A program made the position numbers and the translations under genes. The notes beneath the pieces are model-generated. The model was not told the DNA's origin. It made no database searches and saw only the letters and a list, made by a program, of their open reading frames with translations. Below are positions 7,753 through 13,087 of a stretch of 24,000 bases of DNA, piece by piece. Source of the DNA: Desulfofustis sp. PB-SRB1 (GTDB lineage Bacteria > Desulfobacterota > Desulfobulbia > Desulfobulbales > Desulfocapsaceae); the NCBI GenBank assembly GCA_016722945.1, contig JAEQMT010000010.1, positions 241,765-265,764 of the forward strand, written 5' to 3'. Numbering within the stretch: the stretch's first letter is position 1; the number at the start of each line of letters is the position of its first letter.

Positions 7753-7768
7753 TACAAGGATCGTGCCA
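7753..7768 (-). promoter_or_regulatory. Sigma-54 (-24/-12) type promoter for the 7690->5719 operon
   Basis: The minus strand reads TGGCACGATCCTTGTA. TGGCACG is a perfect -24 element and the GG-N10 spacing is correct, but the -12 element is TTGT instead of TTGC. It lies ~60 nt upstream of the ATG at 7690 in an AT-rich intergenic region. Confidence 0.6.
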
Positions 7769-7842
7769 GATCGGAAAATAAAATAAAATCAACGAAAACA
7801 AATAGATATTGTGTTAGAAAAATGAATAGGAAGTCAATAAAT

Positions 7843-7902
7843 CATAATGAAACATTAAGAGACGTTTTTGTAGACCCATAATGAAACATTTAGAGACGTT
7901 TT
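7843..7902. promoter_or_regulatory. Tandem direct repeats, candidate upstream activator sequences (UAS) for a bEBP
   Basis: CATAATGAAACATTAAGAGACGTTTT(T) at 7843-7869 and CATAATGAAACATTTAGAGACGTTTT at 7877-7902. They differ at 1 position and have a 34-bp period. Each contains the dyad AATG-N3-CATT. They sit ~75-150 bp upstream of the sigma-54-like core, separated from it by an A/T-rich stretch. Confidence 0.55.
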
Positions 7903-7910
7903 GCTCTCGC

Positions 7911-8300
7911 TTACCGATCATCGCCATGTGCTCTGCGGTGGGGGACGGCTTCAGTGATCTTTGTGATGAGTTCATCGAGATCAACCGGCTTCATCAAAAA
8001 ATCAAACGCACCGAAGCGCATACCGGCCAATCCCTCCCTCGTTGATCCCTGTCCGGTCAACATGATAACCGGTAAATCAGGGTACTGTTGCTTGACTTGC
8101 TGAAGTACATCAAGCCCGCTTAGGCCGGGCAACATAAGATCCAGCACCATTACGTCGTAGATGTTGTTGGCAAGCAGGTTCAACGCTTCCTCACCATCAA
8201 CCGCAACTCCGGTTGGGTAGCCCCTGATCTGAAGGCGATGAGCGAGCGTTGAAGCGAACTCCTCTTCATCGTCCACCAGCAACAATCTCAGATTATTCAT
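7911..8300 (-). CDS. Single-domain response regulator (CheY-like receiver), RR-2
   Basis: LLVDDEEE, VLDLMLPGLSG, MLTGQG, LMKPV. There is no output domain. Colinear with RR-1 (4546..4929). Confidence 0.9.
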   Translation of the reverse strand: MNNLRLLLVDDEEEFASTLAHRLQIRGYPTGVAVDGEEALNLLANNIYDVMVLDLMLPGLSGLDVLQQVKQQYPDLPVIMLTGQGSTREGLAGMRFGAFDFLMKPVDLDELITKITEAVPHRRAHGDDR

Positions 8301-8357
8301 TAGGTTCTCCCGGTAGTTCCAATCCCCTTGACCGACATATCAGCATCCATGTTAGAC

Positions 8358-8717
8358 TTACTGATTGCCACCCTGATCTGTAGTGTGGTCGACAATATCA
8401 CCGGGTGAAAGCTTCGCATTGGCGTAGCGTTTCAGAGCCTCCTCCCACATACCGATGATGGAATCGAAAACTTCGATGCGTTTCCAGACAAGGTATTGAT
8501 AATATTCTTCCTCAATGCCACAGCAGATGACTGTTGTCACTCCTTCAGTGAGAATCAGGTGACAGAGCTTTTCGGCTGATACCTGGGGCAGGACAACCAG
8601 TTTTTCCTCAAGCTTTTTCCTCTGTTGGTCAAGGGTTACAATGACTGCTTCGGATGCCAGATCAAAACGTGGTGCCACTTCGGCGTCATAGAGTGGAATG
8701 AGAACCTTGTGGTGCAT
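8358..8717 (-). CDS. NifX/NifB-like small protein, paralog 2
   Basis: VLIPLYDAEVAPRFDLASEAVIV...VICCGIEEEYYQYLVWKRIEVFDSIIGMW is colinear with 2493..2843. The start ATG at 8717 is only 4 nt after the EBP-2 stop, which suggests translational coupling. Confidence 0.6.
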   Translation of the reverse strand: MHHKVLIPLYDAEVAPRFDLASEAVIVTLDQQRKKLEEKLVVLPQVSAEKLCHLILTEGVTTVICCGIEEEYYQYLVWKRIEVFDSIIGMWEEALKRYANAKLSPGDIVDHTTDQGGNQ

Positions 8718-8721
8718 GTCG

Positions 8722-10137
8722 CTAAATCCCGTATTGTTTCATTTTTCGCCACAACGTGCTTCTCCCCCACCCTAATAGGTCTGCTGTTTTTTGTTTTTTA
8801 CCGCCCGTCTTGACGAGGGCATTGATAATCATTTGCTTTTCGGTCTGAGCCCAGGTGGAACCAGTCACCTGTACTGTTGTTGCTTCGCGAGCCGCCAGGG
8901 GGGAGGCACCTTGATCAGATACGCCGGATACCGGTGTCGGCATGGTGGAAAGATGGTCTGGTTCCATCAAATAGGTGGGGAGGCTCTCTATTCCGATACG
9001 CGAATCCTGGCTTACATTGACCGCGTACTCAACGATGTTGCGAAGCTCTCTTACATTGCCGGGAAAATGGTAATTATTGAGAAAATACAAGGTCTGCCGG
9101 TCGAACCCCTCTATTTTCTTACCAAACTTTTCAGCAAAGGTGTTGAGGAAATGATCTATGAGCAAAACGATATCATCTTCCCGCTCACGCAGCGGAGGTA
9201 AGGTAATTCTCACTACATTGAGTCTGAACAGCAGGTCTTTTCTGAAACTGCCGTTTTCCACCATCCGTTCAAGATTCTGGTTTGTTCCCGCAATTATTCT
9301 GACATTGACCTCAAAGCCTTTGGTGCTGCCGAGAGGGAAGACGACACGATCGTCGAGGAAGGTGAGCAGTTTGACCTGCAGTGATAGTGGTAAGTCCCCG
9401 ATCTCAGTCAGGTAGAGCGACCCGTTGTGGGCCAGGCGAAAACGGCCGGGTTTGTTTTCTTTGGCGTCGGTGAAGGCACCTTTCTGGTGTCCAAAGAGTT
9501 CCGATTCCAATAATGTTTCCGGAAGTGCACCGCAGTTGATCTTGATAAATGGGCCCCTGGCTCGATTGGAGGCTTTGTGGATGGCCTCCGCGGTAAGATC
9601 TTTACCGGTACCCGTTTCCCCGGTGATGAGAACCGATGAGTCGTTCTGGGCAAGCAGCGGCAGCATCTGAAAAACCTTTTCCATTTGCGGACCTTTTCCG
9701 ATCATTTCGGAAAAGCGAAACCCATGCATATCCTGACTGGTACGATTCTGCAGTGCGCGGATGTCCTCCAGGGTTTCAAGATATCCGATCAGCTCACCGG
9801 ATCCACTGGTTATCGGGGCAAAGGTGATGCGTACCTGAACCAGTTCGCGACCCCGGTTGATCAGATCGGTATGTTCACAAATCGGTTCGGAATCTTCTTT
9901 CAGTCGCAGAACCGGACATTTTTTCAAGCAGATTCGACTGCGAATGATGTTGTGACACATAACTCCCCGGGCCTCCTGGGGAGAATAACCGGTCAACGCC
10001 GAGACAGCTTTGTTCGTATGGGCTATTCGGCGATCCTTGTCCAGGATGACAACGCCAATGGGTATTTCATCGAGAATGGTATCAAATGGTACTGACTGAT
10101 CGAATAGTGCCGTAATTTTTGGTTTATTTGACTTCAT
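8722..10137 (-). CDS. Sigma-54-dependent transcriptional activator (bEBP), PAS - AAA+ - Fis-type HTH (EBP-2), paralog of 1082..2476
   Basis: PAS-like N-terminus (ILDKDRRIAHTNKAVSALTGY). GETGTGKD, ESELFGH, loop GAFTDA (variant of GAFTGA), YLTEIGD (Walker B with T for D), FRKDLLFRLNV, PGNVRELRNIVEYA. HTH KQKTADLLGWGRSTLWRKMKQYGI. Cys cluster C-X8-C-X3-C-X12-C in the sensory region. Confidence 0.9.
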   Translation of the reverse strand: MKSNKPKITALFDQSVPFDTILDEIPIGVVILDKDRRIAHTNKAVSALTGYSPQEARGVMCHNIIRSRICLKKCPVLRLKEDSEPICEHTDLINRGRELVQVRITFAPITSGSGELIGYLETLEDIRALQNRTSQDMHGFRFSEMIGKGPQMEKVFQMLPLLAQNDSSVLITGETGTGKDLTAEAIHKASNRARGPFIKINCGALPETLLESELFGHQKGAFTDAKENKPGRFRLAHNGSLYLTEIGDLPLSLQVKLLTFLDDRVVFPLGSTKGFEVNVRIIAGTNQNLERMVENGSFRKDLLFRLNVVRITLPPLREREDDIVLLIDHFLNTFAEKFGKKIEGFDRQTLYFLNNYHFPGNVRELRNIVEYAVNVSQDSRIGIESLPTYLMEPDHLSTMPTPVSGVSDQGASPLAAREATTVQVTGSTWAQTEKQMIINALVKTGGKKQKTADLLGWGRSTLWRKMKQYGI

Positions 10138-10187
10138 TAAACCTGATCATCCGTTGCTGAGTGACTACCCGGTTATTGAAATATTGT

Positions 10188-10202
10188 TGGTTCCTGGAAC
10201 CA
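10188..10202. promoter_or_regulatory. Perfect palindrome TGGTTCC-T-GGAACCA upstream of EBP-2
   Basis: 7-bp arms with a 1-nt spacer, 51-65 nt upstream of the EBP-2 start codon (10137). It has an operator-like shape, but no factor can be assigned. Confidence 0.3.
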
Positions 10203-10303
10203 GTGTACCATCTCGACAGCAATAAGCATCACTAATTCAAGGATCCCTTCAACCAGAAAATCATGGGTACATGCCCTTCTTGCCGGAAGGGTAAGAGATA
10301 TGG

Positions 10304-10441
10304 GAATCCTGCAAAATGGCCTTTTCGCCCAACCTCACCGTTGCTCAAAAAATGTATTCTCAAATATTGGCTCTTTGCCTGTGATAGAATGTACCTCGCG
10401 CCTCAACCTTGCACGAAAATGCTCAATTTTCAAGGTCCCCA
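10304..10441 (+). repeat. Conserved noncoding element, copy B (paralog of 924..1060)
   Basis: Evidence as for copy A. It lies in a 516-nt gene-free gap and has the same absolute orientation as copy A, so it is inverted relative to its neighbouring activator gene. An imperfect hairpin follows at 10444-10469 (CCACTTCCC...GGGAATTGTGG). Confidence 0.6.
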
Positions 10442-10599
10442 TACCACTTCCCTGAAGGGGGAATTGTGGGGTTGTACAGCTACCGTGATACGCATTTCAC
10501 ATATAGTGCATAATTTCAGATGGTGACAAAGACGTCGTGGGTAGAATAAACCAGTGCCGCAAACCAGCAGAGGGGCTGTTTGAAGTCCATCACATCTAT

Positions 10600-10635
10600 G
10601 GCGGTTGGTTTCCCGAAGCCAGGGAACTCACCGCC
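10600..10635 (-). terminator. Hairpin downstream of the 10654..11127 gene
   Basis: GGCGGT tgg TTCCC gaagcca GGGAA ctc ACCGCC (two-tier inverted repeat) lies 19 nt beyond the stop. There is no clear U-tract. Confidence 0.4.
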
Positions 10636-10653
10636 AATCAGCCTTGTGTTGCA

Positions 10654-11127
10654 CTACCCGGAGAATGGAATAGATGAGTGGTGGAGATCGATTTTAACCT
10701 TGCCGGCTGAATCCTTTTTATAGCCGAAGGTGTACTCAACCTTGGTTTCATTTCCCTCAAGATCGGTAAACCAGTAGTTACCCATTGCGATGGCCCGGTT
10801 TTCTTCGAGGATGATGGCGGCATTTTCAAATCGAACAGCGGTCCATGGATTGATTGCGAAACCAGTATCTTCGGGATAATCGCTGTTTCCACCAACAAAA
10901 TAGGAGAGGGCAGCTATCTTGCCGAGGCGAAATTGCACCTGCGCACACTTTGTCGGTTTGAACAAAACATCACCCAGTTCAAATGCATAGAGAGTGTCGA
11001 GATGCTCTTCGGCTGCTTTGACAGCGGCGCTGACATCCGCCTTTAAGGAGCCTATTCTGACAATGCCATTTCCCCATGCCTGCTGTGCTTTGATGACTTC
11101 CTGTTCGGTAAACATAGATTTTCCCAT
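10654..11127 (-). CDS. NTF2-like / SnoaL-like fold protein (hypothetical)
   Basis: Soluble ~155-aa protein. The N-terminal FTEQEVIKAQQAWGNGIVRIG and the later alternating beta-like segments (AIAMGNYWFTDLEGNETKVEYTFGYKKD) resemble the NTF2-superfamily cone fold. The assignment is from memory of similar sequences, not from a search. The start could be the second Met (MFTEQE). Confidence 0.45.
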   Translation of the reverse strand: MGKSMFTEQEVIKAQQAWGNGIVRIGSLKADVSAAVKAAEEHLDTLYAFELGDVLFKPTKCAQVQFRLGKIAALSYFVGGNSDYPEDTGFAINPWTAVRFENAAIILEENRAIAMGNYWFTDLEGNETKVEYTFGYKKDSAGKVKIDLHHSSIPFSG

Positions 11128-11411
11128 TTGTTATCTGATCATAACAGCCAGAGACCGACACCTAAACAAGCCGGCTCTCTTTGCTTACTAACACGGTAAA
11201 AGCCACTCATGGCTGATTGTCCCGTCGCTTTTATCCCGCACTTTACTGTTCTTGCATTTATCTAAGCACAAAAACGTCGAAAACAACATTTTGCCTGATT
11301 TTTCAGGGGTCGTGTATGGTTCGTGAGGGGATTGATATCTCCACTCCGGTGCCATATTGCACGGTTCGCCATATTCTTATCGATGGTAGATAGAGTCCGC
11401 CACAATCACCA

Positions 11412-11696
11412 TTGGCTTTTTCCGACCCCATCACCTTTCGCATGGGCGAATGTATGCCTATGCTATCGACAATTCATGATAATAAAACCTCAGCGTTTTC
11501 GGAGATAATGCAGGCGGTTGAGTTTATCTTTTTTTTGGGGCTGGCAGTGTTTGTGATGATGCCGCTCTATCTATTGACGACATTGCCACCGCTGGTCGTG
11601 GTTGTTGCCAGTGTTCTTGTTTCGGCTGGACTGGTCACATGGGTGGAGCCGCGGGCCAGCCGCTGGCTCAAAGATGAAACGGAGCAGGATCGCTAG
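11412..11696 (+). CDS. Possible small membrane protein (two hydrophobic helices); start uncertain
   Basis: AVEFIFFLGLAVFVMMPLYLL and LPPLVVVVASVLVSAGLVTW are TM-like. An internal ATG at 11509 has GGAG just upstream. No homology recognised. Confidence 0.3.
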   Translation: MAFSDPITFRMGECMPMLSTIHDNKTSAFSEIMQAVEFIFFLGLAVFVMMPLYLLTTLPPLVVVVASVLVSAGLVTWVEPRASRWLKDETEQDR

Positions 11697-11709
11697 TTAT
11701 ATGGCCCGC

Positions 11710-12972
11710 TCACTTCTTGTGCGCGGTAATAATGAACAGCGGGTCGGCATGGGGAAGTTCGGGATAGGGGTCGTCTTCCGGGCGTGGGTAGCCGCGAATG
11801 GTGGTGGTTGATCCGATGGTGAAGCACCCAGCCTGCTCCAGCAGTTCACGAACGAAACCGAGCCGCTCACATTCATGCAGCTCCGGCCACAGGGTGATGG
11901 TCTTGGGGGCAAACCAGCGGTTGGAAAACGAAATGATCAGAGTGCCGCCCGGTCGCAGCAGGCGCCCCGCTTCTTTCAACACGGCAACCGGGTCAATCAG
12001 ATACTCGATTGATGCGGTGCAGATGATGACGTCACAGGCTGCATCTGCCAGCGGCAGCAGCGGCAGCTCATTGAGATCGTGCACCAGGTGGTTGGTGGCA
12101 CGCGGATTGCGGTGCAACTCGACCTCATTGAGTCCAACCACGGTAAGTGATGAAACAGCAAGCGACTCGGGCAGATGCGACTCCCAGCTCGCCATCAGAT
12201 CGAGAACATCGGCGCCTGTCTCAATGAGATCGCCATACTGGTTGCTCAGTAGCAATCTTGCTCGCTCATCCAGGTGATGAACAAGGCGTGGCTGGTGGTA
12301 AAATTGTCCATCGGGGCGCTCGTCGATTCGGGGCAAAGGCGGTGCATCGAAAAAGTGGGTAGGGCGGTTCTGGTAGCGGCATTGCATTCCCGGCCCGGCC
12401 GCGCTCATTGTTTCCAGCCAGTGTTCGCAGCGTCCGCCGCGTTCGGTTTTTGCCGAAACTATCTTTTCGATTCGGGCCGTCACATGCAGGGCGTGGCCGG
12501 CCAGGGGATGATTGAGGTCAAACACCAGCCGGTCTCTGTCGTGTCCGACGAAGCGGGCCGCTGCCGTCGAACTGGCAAATATACCGGGTACCCCGCGCAG
12601 AAACCCCTGTGGATAAAAGCGGCCGGGTTGCGGCGTCAACTGCTGCCCGTTTTGCCGGATAACCGGCTGAAACTGCTCGGCACGCAGTGCAATGAGCAGT
12701 CTATTATCGTATGGCGCGTGAAAATCGCTTTCGGTAAGTGAGGAGGTAGCCTCCGCGCTCTGCTCACGGTCCACAAGCTGGTCGTAGATGGCAGGTGGAA
12801 AGATGTCGCGCCACATGCTGACCCGTTGGCCGAAGTGGATACAGCAATGGCGAATGGCTCCTTCCAGCCAGCGCAGAGAAAATAGTATCTCGGCGGTGCC
12901 GTCTCCGGTGAGCCGGCGGTTAGTCGCCGGGGCGACTGAATTGCCCGCGGTATTGTCTGCTTTATCGTCCAT
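11710..12972 (-). CDS. Fusion protein: SlyD/FKBP-like region + class I SAM-dependent methyltransferase
   Basis: The C-terminal half has ADVLDLMASWESHLP (motif I-like), DVIICTASIEYLIDP and LLRPGGTLIISFSNR, typical of Methyltransf_11-type enzymes. The N-terminal half has ...RLVFDLNHPLAGHALHVTARIEKI, which matches the NHPLAG-x-L-x-F/V signature at the end of SlyD-type FKBP domains. Confidence 0.65.
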   Translation of the reverse strand: MDDKADNTAGNSVAPATNRRLTGDGTAEILFSLRWLEGAIRHCCIHFGQRVSMWRDIFPPAIYDQLVDREQSAEATSSLTESDFHAPYDNRLLIALRAEQFQPVIRQNGQQLTPQPGRFYPQGFLRGVPGIFASSTAAARFVGHDRDRLVFDLNHPLAGHALHVTARIEKIVSAKTERGGRCEHWLETMSAAGPGMQCRYQNRPTHFFDAPPLPRIDERPDGQFYHQPRLVHHLDERARLLLSNQYGDLIETGADVLDLMASWESHLPESLAVSSLTVVGLNEVELHRNPRATNHLVHDLNELPLLPLADAACDVIICTASIEYLIDPVAVLKEAGRLLRPGGTLIISFSNRWFAPKTITLWPELHECERLGFVRELLEQAGCFTIGSTTTIRGYPRPEDDPYPELPHADPLFIITAHKK

Positions 12973-12975
12973 CGG

Positions 12976-13010
12976 GATTACAAATGAGTGAGACTTGCCT
13001 GATTACAAAT
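12976..13010. promoter_or_regulatory. Direct repeat GATTACAAAT x2 (25-bp period) in the divergent methyltransferase/selD intergenic region
   Basis: GATTACAAAT occurs at 12976-12985 and 13001-13010. The second copy is embedded in TGATT-ACA-AATCA (5-bp dyad). Confidence 0.35.
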
Positions 13011-13087
13011 CAATATTGGTGAAAACAGCCTGCCAACAATACTGTTTGTCTTGAAATTTCATAAACAAACTACGTGTGGGTCTATCC

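Noticed and set aside
8655-8680. TGGCAC on the minus strand inside the NifX-like-2 gene (TGGCACCACGTTTTGA)
   Set aside because: The -12 element is shifted by one position and lacks GC, and the site is inside coding sequence. It is most likely a chance partial match.
10263-10526. 87-aa + strand ORF in the large intergenic gap
   Set aside because: It coincides with conserved element copy B. The paralogous copy A has a stop or frameshift in the corresponding frame, and substitutions between copies are not codon-position biased. I therefore treat the conservation as noncoding.
11128-11411. A possible hidden gene or RNA in the 284-nt gap upstream of the NTF2-like gene
   Set aside because: I found only a short imperfect inverted repeat (AGAGACCG...CGGCTCTCT) and no ORF with an RBS. 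There is no tRNA-like cloverleaf and no similarity to other parts of the window, so I treat it as an ordinary promoter region.
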